The notes under the pieces: model-generated | Databases searched by the model: none | What the model was told of the DNA's origin: nothing | Seen by the model: only the letters and a program-made list of their open reading frames with translations | Part shown: one piece after another, positions 52,203-59,942 of the stretch | Layout: the number at the start of each line of letters is the position of its first letter | Numbering within the stretch: position 1 is the stretch's first letter | Origin: Minisyncoccota bacterium | Lineage (GTDB): Bacteria; Patescibacteriota; Minisyncoccia; UBA6257; UBA9933 | Length of the DNA: 59,942 nt | Reading direction: 5' to 3' | NCBI GenBank assembly: GCA_036444215.1 | Contig: JAZGAA010000006.1 | Span: forward strand, 1 to 59,942 | Translations under genes and position numbers: made by a program

Positions 52203-53495
52203 ATGAAGTTTATTGCTGACCTTCACATCCATTCAAAATATTCCCGAGCCACCAGTAAGAATATGGTTTTGGAAGAAATTGACCGCTGGGCTGATGATAA
52301 GGGGATTCTGGTGATGGGGACAGGAGATTTCACTCATCCGGGTTGGTTTAAGGAAATAAAAGAGAAACTGAGCCCTGCTGAGCCGGGGCTTTTTAAATTA
52401 AAGCCCCAATACAAAAAAAAGACATTAAAAGGTAATTTATCAGAAACGCGATTTATATTAACTACAGAAATTTCAGGAATTTATTCGCGTTTTTCGTCAA
52501 AGCTTGGAGTAAAGAAAACGCATAGAGTGCATAATCTACTATTTGCTCCTGACATCAAAACCGTTGAAAGTATTAATACTCAGCTTTCCTGGATTGGTAA
52601 TTTAGCTTCGGATGGTCGGCCGATTTTAGGTTTGGATTCCGAGGAGCTGGCAAAGATTGTTTTTAACACTAATCCGGAAGCAGTAGTTATTCCGGCTCAT
52701 GCCTGGACTCCTTGGTTTTCTGTTTTTGGTTCAATGTCGGGATTTGATTCTTTAGAAGAATGTTTCGGCAAACAGGCAAAACATATTTTTGCGATTGAAA
52801 CTGGTTTGTCCAGCGATCCGGCAATGAATTGGCGACTTTCCAAGCTTGATAATATATCGCTAATTTCCAATTCCGATTGCCATAGTTTGCAGAAGATTGG
52901 CAGAGAAGTGAATATTTTTGATACTGAATTATCTTATCAGGGCATTATTGAAGCCATAAAATCCCGTAATCCTAAACAATTTCTGGAGACAATTGAATTT
53001 TTTCCGGAAGAAGGAAAATATCATTATGATGGCCATCGTAATTGCGATATTGTTTTTTCTCCGGAAGAAACAAAAAAGCATAATAATATTTGTCCTAAGT
53101 GCGGGAAAAAACTTACTATCGGAGTAATGAACAGAGTTGACGAGTTGGCAGACAGAGATGTTGATTATAAAGATGATAAAAGAGTTTCTTATCGCAGTTT
53201 AATCCCATTAGATGAAATTATTGCCGAGGCCTTTAATATGGGAACAAATACCAAAAAAGTGGCGGAAGAATACAAGAATTTAATCAAATCCCTTGGCAAT
53301 GAATTGAAAATTCTTTTGGAAACAAGCGAAGGAGAAATAAAATCAGTAGCTGACATTCGGGTGGCTGAAGGCATTAAACGAGTCAGAAACGGACAAGTAA
53401 AAATTCACCCTGGCTATGACGGCGAATACGGAAAAATAGAAATTTTTAGAGAAGATGAACGAGAGGAACTGGAATCCCAAAAAGCTTTGTTTTAA
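52203..53495 (+). CDS. endonuclease Q-like PHP-domain protein
   Basis: ADLHIHSKYSRATS N-terminus, PAHAWTPW, zinc finger CPKCGKKLTIGVMNRV. Family assignment from memory. Confidence 0.6.
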   Translation: MKFIADLHIHSKYSRATSKNMVLEEIDRWADDKGILVMGTGDFTHPGWFKEIKEKLSPAEPGLFKLKPQYKKKTLKGNLSETRFILTTEISGIYSRFSSKLGVKKTHRVHNLLFAPDIKTVESINTQLSWIGNLASDGRPILGLDSEELAKIVFNTNPEAVVIPAHAWTPWFSVFGSMSGFDSLEECFGKQAKHIFAIETGLSSDPAMNWRLSKLDNISLISNSDCHSLQKIGREVNIFDTELSYQGIIEAIKSRNPKQFLETIEFFPEEGKYHYDGHRNCDIVFSPEETKKHNNICPKCGKKLTIGVMNRVDELADRDVDYKDDKRVSYRSLIPLDEIIAEAFNMGTNTKKVAEEYKNLIKSLGNELKILLETSEGEIKSVADIRVAEGIKRVRNGQVKIHPGYDGEYGKIEIFREDEREELESQKALF

Positions 53496-53548
53496 GAATC
53501 AGAAAATCTTTTTCACTCTGATTATTATTCGGTTTAATTAGTGTATTT

Positions 53549-53584
53549 AAACGGCTCACACGCCGTGTGAGCCGTTTATTTACT
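53549..53584 (+). terminator. rho-independent terminator
   Basis: aaacggctcaca-cgccg-tgtgagccgttt followed by atttac. Shares the aaacggctca core with the terminator at 17498. Confidence 0.6.
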
Positions 53585-53669
53585 CCAAACTTTAAACACC
53601 GTTTCAATTAGAAAAATTTATTATATCCCTCCTTGACTTTATTTTATGGCAGTTTAATATTGTTAATAT

Positions 53670-53867
53670 ATGAGTACAACCACTATTACCAAAAAAGAAT
53701 TAAAAACCGCTGTTAAAGAATCTGTTAGGGAAGTTTTAATATCTGAAATAATGAAACTCAGGGCGCTTATAATGCCAGATGTTTCTTTAAAAGAGCAGAA
53801 AGAAATAGAAAAATTATATAAAAAACCCTTAAGAGAAGCCAAAAAGACAATAGCGGTTAATATATGA
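53670..53867 (+). CDS. putative antitoxin of a type II TA pair
   Basis: 65 aa with a 4-nt overlap onto the RelE-like gene. Promoter-like TTGACT, 17-nt spacer, AATATT upstream. Confidence 0.5.
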   Translation: MSTTTITKKELKTAVKESVREVLISEIMKLRALIMPDVSLKEQKEIEKLYKKPLREAKKTIAVNI

Positions 53868-54136
53868 ACTGGAAAATCTCTTTTAGTAGAGATGCCTTAA
53901 AATTTATTGAAAAGGAGAAAATCGCCGAAACAGAGATAATTGATATTATCAGAAAGGCGATTTTTGTATTTCAAGGAGAGGATTTTAATATAGATATTAA
54001 AAAACTTAAAGGCCGCTGGCTCGGCTTTTATAGAATTAGAATTGGCAAAATAAGAATTTTAACGGAATTTGATTTTGATAACCTTTCTGTGTTTATAGAA
54101 AGAATAGACTGGCGAGGCAGAGCCTATAATAGATAA
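53864..54136 (+). CDS. RelE/ParE-family type II toxin
   Basis: 90 aa. KKLKG....FYRIRIGKIRIL pattern typical of RelE/StbE toxins. Confidence 0.7.
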   Translation: MNWKISFSRDALKFIEKEKIAETEIIDIIRKAIFVFQGEDFNIDIKKLKGRWLGFYRIRIGKIRILTEFDFDNLSVFIERIDWRGRAYNR

Positions 54137-54174
54137 AAAAACGGGGAGTCGCGATGACTCCCCTTTGTATTTTT

Positions 54175-54495
54175 CTATACCTTTATTTCTTCTATTTTAG
54201 AAGCGACTTCAATTCCCTCCCATTCATATTTGCAATTTCTACATCTTATTTTATAAGAATCATCTGGCTCTCGGAGTGGATAATAGAAATTAACGCCGCC
54301 AAGTAATTGATCGCTGTTGCAGCGGGGACATTTTATTCCATTTTCTGCTAGTTTTTTCCCGTCATCAAAATAGACCGTTTTATTAAGCAGATAATTCATC
54401 GCTGCAATCATAGAGAGCATTATAGCAGCACAAACAATAACAAAAATTAAAGCATTTTTTAAAAACCAGATATCCACAATGTTGATATAATTCAT
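54175..54495 (-). CDS. hypothetical membrane-anchored zinc-ribbon protein
   Basis: 106 aa. N-terminal TM helix plus CPRC...CRNC. Confidence 0.45.
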   Translation of the reverse strand: MNYINIVDIWFLKNALIFVIVCAAIMLSMIAAMNYLLNKTVYFDDGKKLAENGIKCPRCNSDQLLGGVNFYYPLREPDDSYKIRCRNCKYEWEGIEVASKIEEIKV

Positions 54496-54596
54496 TTCAA
54501 CCTCCTATAAATTGTTTTTTAAAGTTTCTAATTATTAATAATAATCCAATTCCAAGAAAATTACAACCAAAAACCTCCGCTTGAGCGGAGGTTTTT

Positions 54597-55106
54597 TTAT
54601 AATACTTCAATTCTGCTTAATTGTTTGCCGAATGTTTTTGCGGTTGATTTTTCAGCAAACCAGACATCAACTCGGTCATTGAATCTGGGATGCATTCGGT
54701 CTTCAATAATGAAAATCTGGTCTCCGAAAACATCAGGCAATTTAATCTTAGTGCCGATTGGCAAAAAGTTAGCTGCTGCCACTCCTTGTCTTACAAAAGT
54801 TCCAGCTGCCGTAATAAATGGAGTGTCATCGGTTTCTTCCGGAGAGCTGGAGTAAGCAGTGATTACGATTTTGATGTTTTGGGATATTGGCTCAATTTTG
54901 TTTTGAGCCAAAAGCGAATCCTGGGAAATAATGGTTATCTCGTTTATTTCTTCGCTTTTTACAGCATCACCAGCGCCTTCAGCGCTTATTGTTTCCGTTT
55001 CAACTTCCCCATTGGATACGGTTAGCGGCCCGGCAATGCTTAAAAAAACAAGTAATAAAGCCGCTAATTTCCCATATCCGGGGATCCTATTAAGAGTATC
55101 TATCAT
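54597..55106 (-). CDS. 3D-domain (MltA/YabE-like) cell-wall protein with signal anchor
   Basis: ITAYSSSPEETDDTP...AA...PIGTKIKL...IIEDRM....DRVDVWF. Confidence 0.65.
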   Translation of the reverse strand: MIDTLNRIPGYGKLAALLLVFLSIAGPLTVSNGEVETETISAEGAGDAVKSEEINEITIISQDSLLAQNKIEPISQNIKIVITAYSSSPEETDDTPFITAAGTFVRQGVAAANFLPIGTKIKLPDVFGDQIFIIEDRMHPRFNDRVDVWFAEKSTAKTFGKQLSRIEVL

Positions 55107-55207
55107 ATTTTTATTTCAATATAAAAACCCCTTTATCAGGGTTCTCTACAATTATATGGTTTTTTTTACGATTGTCAACAATTTGTGGATAAGTATAATA
55201 TATACTA

Positions 55208-55318
55208 AAGCACCAAATTCCAAGCACCAAATAACAAATAAGTACCAAATTCTAAATTCAAAACGTGTTTCGATCATTGGATATTATTTGTAATTTGGAA
55301 TTTGTGATTTGGGATTTT
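55208..55318. repeat. third, inverted and more diverged copy of the 23S IVS-type hairpin element
   Basis: gcaccaaattccaagcaccaaataacaaataagtaccaa... is the reverse complement of the G/T-rich IVS arm (ttggtgcttatttgttatttggtgcttg...). The right arm matches the complement of the A/C-rich arm. Confidence 0.75.
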
Positions 55319-55325
55319 TATTATT

Positions 55326-55868
55326 ATGACTGAATACTTCACCGAAGCCGTCGTGCTTGATAAAAAAGAAAGCGGCGACTTTGACACTTTGATTTCCTTA
55401 TATACTAAAGATTTAGGCAAGGTAGTTGCCAAAGCCAAAAGTATCCGCAAAATTACTTCTAAATTAGCCGGCCATTTGGAGCCGCTGAATTTTGTCCGGG
55501 TAAGGTTGATAGAAAAAAACGGTTTTCAGGTGGTTGACGCTTTGGCACCAAGACAAAGGAAAAAATCCAGGGCCTCAATTGAAAATTTTTCCAAGTTATT
55601 GACTTTACTTCAATTTATCAAAGAAACAACTTTTGAGCTTCAGCCGGACCCTTATTTTTGGCTGGAAATTAGAAAGATTTTAATTTCTGATTTTGAGGGA
55701 AAAACCGTTTACCGTAATTTGTTAAAAATTTTGGGCTTTGATCCCGAATTTGCCAGTTGTCATCGTTGCAGCAGCAAAATAGTAAATTATTTTTATAAAA
55801 CCGACCAAGTATTTTTTTGCAAAAAATGCAGTGGAAAAATTCCGAAAGATGAGGTAATATTAATATAA
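55326..55868 (+). CDS. recO: DNA repair protein RecO (short)
   Basis: N-terminal OB-fold pattern EAVVLDKKESGDFDTLISLYTKDLGKV..KAKS.RK and C-terminal CHRC...CKKC zinc motif. Confidence 0.75.
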   Translation: MTEYFTEAVVLDKKESGDFDTLISLYTKDLGKVVAKAKSIRKITSKLAGHLEPLNFVRVRLIEKNGFQVVDALAPRQRKKSRASIENFSKLLTLLQFIKETTFELQPDPYFWLEIRKILISDFEGKTVYRNLLKILGFDPEFASCHRCSSKIVNYFYKTDQVFFCKKCSGKIPKDEVILI

Positions 55869-55869
55869 T

Positions 55870-57768
55870 ATGGCGCTTGAAGAATTAGAAAAAAAACTTT
55901 ATCAGCAATCACCAAAAAAGAAAGTTGCTTTTAAAAAAGAAAAGCAGATTAAAAAAACCCCGCCTCCAACCGTAAAAAAAGAGTGGACTAAAGAAGAGCC
56001 GGAAGAACAAAGTAGTAAACAATCTGTAATTATTTCTAAATTTAGTAGATACGGACGGCTTTTGTTTTGGATTTTATTGGTGGTGCTTTTAATAGTTGGC
56101 GGAATAGCCGGTTTTTATATTTACAAATATTTTACTGCTCAAGATATAAACCTTTCTTTAGAAGCGCCTCAAGAGGTTTTAATGGGCGTACCTTTTGATT
56201 TGACGATTAATCTTGACAATGATTCCAATAACATTCTTCAAAATTCAAAATTATCCATAAATCTGCCGGCTCATTCAACTTTAACCGGCAATGATTTTAG
56301 TAAACGGGTTATTACTAAAGATTTAGGCGATTTAGGCATCGGCACCAGCATTCAGGAAAAATTTTCAATCATTGTTTTAGGTGATGAACAGACAATAAAA
56401 CGCTTTGATGTAGCTTTGTCTTATTCTTTAAAATCAACCTTAAGGACGCGTTTTGAGAAAACTAAGGCCATTGAAGTAAATATTCGGGAGCCGGGGATTA
56501 AGTTGGATTTGGTAGCGCCTCAAAAAGTTTTAAATAATGAAGAATTTGAGACGGAAATTCATTTTCAGAATATTTCAGAGATAGATTTTTCCGAGCTTGA
56601 ATTAGAGCTGACCTATCCGTCAAATTTCACTTTTAAAAAATCAAGCATTCAACCAACGGTCGGCAATCGAATTTGGAATTTAGGTGATTTAACCAAGAAT
56701 TCCGAAGGAAGTTTTACTGTTAATGGCAGTATTATTGGGTTGGAGTTATCATTTTTTGAAATCAAAAGTTCTTTAAGCGTGGCTTTTTTGGGTCAAAAGT
56801 ATTTAGTCAGTGAAAAATCCGCCAGTTTGAACATTGCCTCTTCACCCCTTTCATTGGCGATTAACGTTAATGACCAAACCGACTATTTGGCTTCACCTGG
56901 TGATTCTTTAAGATATTTTATTAATTATCGTAACAATACTAATGTTGGATTAAGTGATGTTATTGTCAAAGCGCAATTAATCGGCGAGATGTTTGATTTC
57001 TCAACTTTGGAAACTCAGGCCTTCTTCAGTTCTTTGGATAATACTCTTACCTGGAATACTGCTAATACTCCGGAGTTGCGGATTTTGGAAGCCGGCGCCA
57101 GCAACCCTCTGGAATTTCAAATAAAATTACAATCAGGTTATCCAATAAAAAGATTGTCCGATAAAAATTTCGTTTTAAAAATTCAGGCCGAGATTAATTC
57201 ACCGACCGTTCCTTATTATGTGGCTGCTGAAAGAACAGTTGGTTTGGCGAATTTTGAAACCAAGGTGGTTGGAGAGATTACTGTTGATGCTCAGGCCTTT
57301 TTCCGGGAGCCGAGTTGGGGAATCTCCAATAAAGGAAGTTGGTCTCCGAAAGTGAATAAACCGACTAATTTCACGGTTCATTTGGTAATTACTAATTACG
57401 CTACCGATGTTCGTGAAATTGAAGTTAAGGCATTTTTACAATCAGGCGTAAGTTGGACAGGAGAAGTAAAAAGCAATATTGAGACCAAACCGGAGTATAA
57501 TGAAAGAACCCAGGAAGTAGTTTGGAAAATTGATAAAATTCCGGCAAATAAAGGAGTAATTGGCAAACCAATTGAGGCTGTTTTTCAGATTGAAGCCACG
57601 CCTGACATTACTCAGATTGATTATTATATGCCTTTAGTGAGTCAGGCGTCTATTAAGGCCTTTGATGAATTTGTGAATGTAGAATTAAAAAGCTTTGATG
57701 GGGCTTTATCCACGCAATTAGTTGATGATTTAACGGTTGATCCCAGTAAAGGAACAGTCGTCCAGTAA
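55870..57768 (+). CDS. large membrane-anchored hypothetical protein with repeated beta-rich (DUF11/CARDB-like) modules
   Basis: 632 aa. A TM helix near residue 60 is followed by repeated ~110-aa segments. Confidence 0.5.
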   Translation: MALEELEKKLYQQSPKKKVAFKKEKQIKKTPPPTVKKEWTKEEPEEQSSKQSVIISKFSRYGRLLFWILLVVLLIVGGIAGFYIYKYFTAQDINLSLEAPQEVLMGVPFDLTINLDNDSNNILQNSKLSINLPAHSTLTGNDFSKRVITKDLGDLGIGTSIQEKFSIIVLGDEQTIKRFDVALSYSLKSTLRTRFEKTKAIEVNIREPGIKLDLVAPQKVLNNEEFETEIHFQNISEIDFSELELELTYPSNFTFKKSSIQPTVGNRIWNLGDLTKNSEGSFTVNGSIIGLELSFFEIKSSLSVAFLGQKYLVSEKSASLNIASSPLSLAINVNDQTDYLASPGDSLRYFINYRNNTNVGLSDVIVKAQLIGEMFDFSTLETQAFFSSLDNTLTWNTANTPELRILEAGASNPLEFQIKLQSGYPIKRLSDKNFVLKIQAEINSPTVPYYVAAERTVGLANFETKVVGEITVDAQAFFREPSWGISNKGSWSPKVNKPTNFTVHLVITNYATDVREIEVKAFLQSGVSWTGEVKSNIETKPEYNERTQEVVWKIDKIPANKGVIGKPIEAVFQIEATPDITQIDYYMPLVSQASIKAFDEFVNVELKSFDGALSTQLVDDLTVDPSKGTVVQ

Positions 57769-57801
57769 ATTTCTAATATTTAATTTTTAACTATCTATGC
57801 T

Positions 57802-59142
57802 ATGGCAACAAATAATTTAATGGACAAAATAGTTAGTTTAGCAAAAAGGCGGGGTTTTATTTATCCTGGTTCGGAAATTTATGGCGGATTAAAAGGGACT
57901 TGGGATTATGGCCCGCTCGGCGCTGAGCTTAAATTTAATATTAAACAAGAATGGTGGAAAGCAATGGTTAATAACAGGGAGGATGTTGTTGGAATGAGCA
58001 CTTCCATATTAATGAACCCAAAAGTTTGGGAGGCGTCCGGCCATATTGCCGGATTCAACGATCCGCTTATAGAATGTAAAACTTGTCACCAAAGATTTAA
58101 AGCAGACCAAGAAGATGTTATTACGGAACATGAAAGATGGCACAAGGAGAGAAAAGAAAAGATAGATTGGACCGAAGAAAAGAAATTTAACCTGCTGGTT
58201 GAGGCAAAATTAGGCGTGATTGAAGGAGAAAAAGATTCGGTATATTTAAGGGGTGAAATAACACAAGGAGTTTATGTAAATTTTAAAAATGTCCTAAATA
58301 GCTCTCGCCTTAAAATTCCTTTTGGCGTAGCTCAAATTGGAAAAGCGTTCCGAAATGAAATCACGCCAGGTAATTTTACTTACAGGTCAATTGAATTTGA
58401 ACAGATGGAGCTTCAGTATTATGTTAAGCCGGACGAAAAAGAATCAATGAAGCATTATGAGTTCTGGAAAAACTTCAGAATGGATTGGTATAAATCGTTA
58501 GGAATGAATCCTGATAATTTAAGATTTAGGGAGCATAAAAAAAATGAATTAGCCCATTATGCGAAAGCAGCTTGGGACATTGAATACAACACGCCGTTTG
58601 GCTGGAAAGAATTAGAGGGCATACATCATCGTGGCGATTGGGATATCTCGCAGCACCAGAAATTTTCCGGCCAGGATATGTCTTATTTTGACGAAGAAGC
58701 CAAAGAGAAATATATTCCATTGGTGATTGAAACATCAGGCGGGGTTGATAGGGCAGCATTATTCTTTTTAATAGACGCTTATTCAGAAGAAAAAGACCCC
58801 GCAAAAAACGGGACAAGCAGGATAGTTCTGAAATTAAATCCAAAACTCGCGCCTTATAAAGTGGCTGTGTTCCCGCTTTTAGCCAATAAACCGGAATTAG
58901 TTAAATTGGCAAGGAAGATTTATGATGATTTGCGCAAAGATTTTATGGTTGCGTGGGACGACCGTGGAAACATCGGCAAACGCTATTATTCACAGGATGA
59001 AATCGGCACGCCTTATTGTATTACTGTTGATTTTGACAGTTTGGAAAATAACGACGTCACCGTCCGCAACCGCGACACAATGAAACAAGAAAGAATAAAG
59101 GTCAAAGAATTAATTAATTATCTAAAAGAAAAACTATGTTAA
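57802..59142 (+). CDS. glyQS: glycyl-tRNA synthetase (homodimeric class II)
   Basis: RRGFIYPGSEIYGG, GAELKFNIKQEWW, FRNEITPGNF, EGIHHRGDWD, C-terminal anticodon-binding domain. Confidence 0.93.
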   Translation: MATNNLMDKIVSLAKRRGFIYPGSEIYGGLKGTWDYGPLGAELKFNIKQEWWKAMVNNREDVVGMSTSILMNPKVWEASGHIAGFNDPLIECKTCHQRFKADQEDVITEHERWHKERKEKIDWTEEKKFNLLVEAKLGVIEGEKDSVYLRGEITQGVYVNFKNVLNSSRLKIPFGVAQIGKAFRNEITPGNFTYRSIEFEQMELQYYVKPDEKESMKHYEFWKNFRMDWYKSLGMNPDNLRFREHKKNELAHYAKAAWDIEYNTPFGWKELEGIHHRGDWDISQHQKFSGQDMSYFDEEAKEKYIPLVIETSGGVDRAALFFLIDAYSEEKDPAKNGTSRIVLKLNPKLAPYKVAVFPLLANKPELVKLARKIYDDLRKDFMVAWDDRGNIGKRYYSQDEIGTPYCITVDFDSLENNDVTVRNRDTMKQERIKVKELINYLKEKLC

Positions 59143-59942
59143 AACTTAATTTAAAACAATTAGTTAAAGTAGCGGTCATTGGCGAAGTCGCCAGCCCAAT
59201 CTTGCGGCGTGGCTATCAAGTAAGCCATGAAGGTAAGCCACTTAATTTGCCCAGCGTTGGCGGGATTACCTATAATATTAAGCTTGGCGATTCAGTAAGA
59301 GGTTGGATAGGCGATCATATTGAACCAGGAGTGAGTACTTATAATAAAGAAAGTAAAGGCGAGGACGCTAGATATTCTAATGAAAATTCCGGATACAACG
59401 CGCTTTCTTCTATTGGTAATGTTGCCACTGTTATTACTGGCCGAGCAAAGAATAAAAAAGGCATAGTCACTGGAATGCATGGCGGGATTGAGCATGTTTT
59501 AATAGATTTTCCGGATGATATTTTGAAAAAACTTGTTTACGGAGATAAGGTTCAGGTTGTGGCTTTTGGTTTAGGTTTGTCAATTCTTGATTGTCCGGAT
59601 ATTAAAATTTTTAATTTAGATCCCGGTCTTTTGTCAAAAATTAACCCAAAATTAAATCGCAAAAAAGAACTTGAATTCCCAGTGGTAGTAAAAGTTCCTG
59701 CTTATTTAATGGGTTCAGGGTTGGGCGGCGGTTCAGTTGTAAGCGGCGATTGCGACATTACAATGGCTGATGAAAAAATTACCAAAAAATTAGGATTAGA
59801 TAAATTAAGATTCGGGGATATTGTGGCTATTGAAGATACGGATAACACTTTTGGTAGAACTTTCAGGCCAGGGGCTGTTACTATTGGCGTGGTTGTCCAT
59901 TCGGATTGCGTTCTAGCTGGCCATGGCCCTGGCGTTACCACA
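59136..59942 (+). CDS. DUF4438-like protein, 3' end runs off the window (not in the ORF track)
   Basis: Open frame from the ATG at 59136, which overlaps the glyQS stop, to the window end. My translation is MLKLNLKQLVKVAVIGEVASPILRRGYQVSHEGKP...GHGPGVTT. Family name from memory. Confidence 0.5.
   Translation, partial: MLKLNLKQLVKVAVIGEVASPILRRGYQVSHEGKPLNLPSVGGITYNIKLGDSVRGWIGDHIEPGVSTYNKESKGEDARYSNENSGYNALSSIGNVATVITGRAKNKKGIVTGMHGGIEHVLIDFPDDILKKLVYGDKVQVVAFGLGLSILDCPDIKIFNLDPGLLSKINPKLNRKKELEFPVVVKVPAYLMGSGLGGGSVVSGDCDITMADEKITKKLGLDKLRFGDIVAIEDTDNTFGRTFRPGAVTIGVVVHSDCVLAGHGPGVTT

Noticed and set aside
54625-55293. Plus-strand ORFs 54625-54855, 54690-55025 and 54931-55293
   Set aside because: They are antisense to the 3D-domain gene, or run through the repeat element at 55208-55318.

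Overview
By eye this is an AT-rich, gene-dense, mostly plus-strand window with the hallmarks of a Candidate Phyla Radiation (Patescibacteria/Parcubacteria-like) genome. That assignment is inference from gene content, not a database result. The hallmarks are short housekeeping proteins (IF-2 without its N-terminal region, a short ValRS), an archease-RtcB pair, and a 23S-5S rRNA unit with no 16S upstream and about 1.3 kb of inserted RNA.

Content: about 55 protein genes, including:
- pyrG, holA, rpsT, ruvA, a MurE-like ligase, archease-rtcB, infB-rbfA, tatD
- a membrane-anchored Clp-like ATPase, PolX, Nudix, MGMT
- infC-rpmI-rplT, smpB-ssrA, argS, ileS
- an AEC transporter, glycerate kinase, ppsA and eno cluster
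- speD, valS, prsW, hsp20, EndoQ-like, a RelE-type TA pair, recO, glyQS

There are also 10 tRNAs, a tmRNA, 23S and 5S.

Most unusual observations:
1. A complete histidine-phosphatase (PGAM-like) domain sits inside the catalytic core of IleRS.
2. Several families of short word-like or palindromic DNA repeats recur in intergenic DNA, inside the 23S rRNA, and in-frame inside conserved housekeeping genes.
3. The 23S rRNA carries two near-identical 169-nt hairpin insertions at the helix-25 and helix-45 positions, plus three ORF-less group I introns.
4. An accessory patch at 40.96-43.2 kb holds a two-gene cassette bracketed by a 21-bp palindromic direct repeat. Next to it is a higher-GC orphan gene behind a consensus promoter and a perfect 17-bp-stem hairpin.
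5. A Clp/Hsp100-like protein has a degenerate first ATPase module and lacks pore-loop tyrosines.

All coordinates for RNA features, start codons and repeats were derived by hand and may be off by a few nucleotides.
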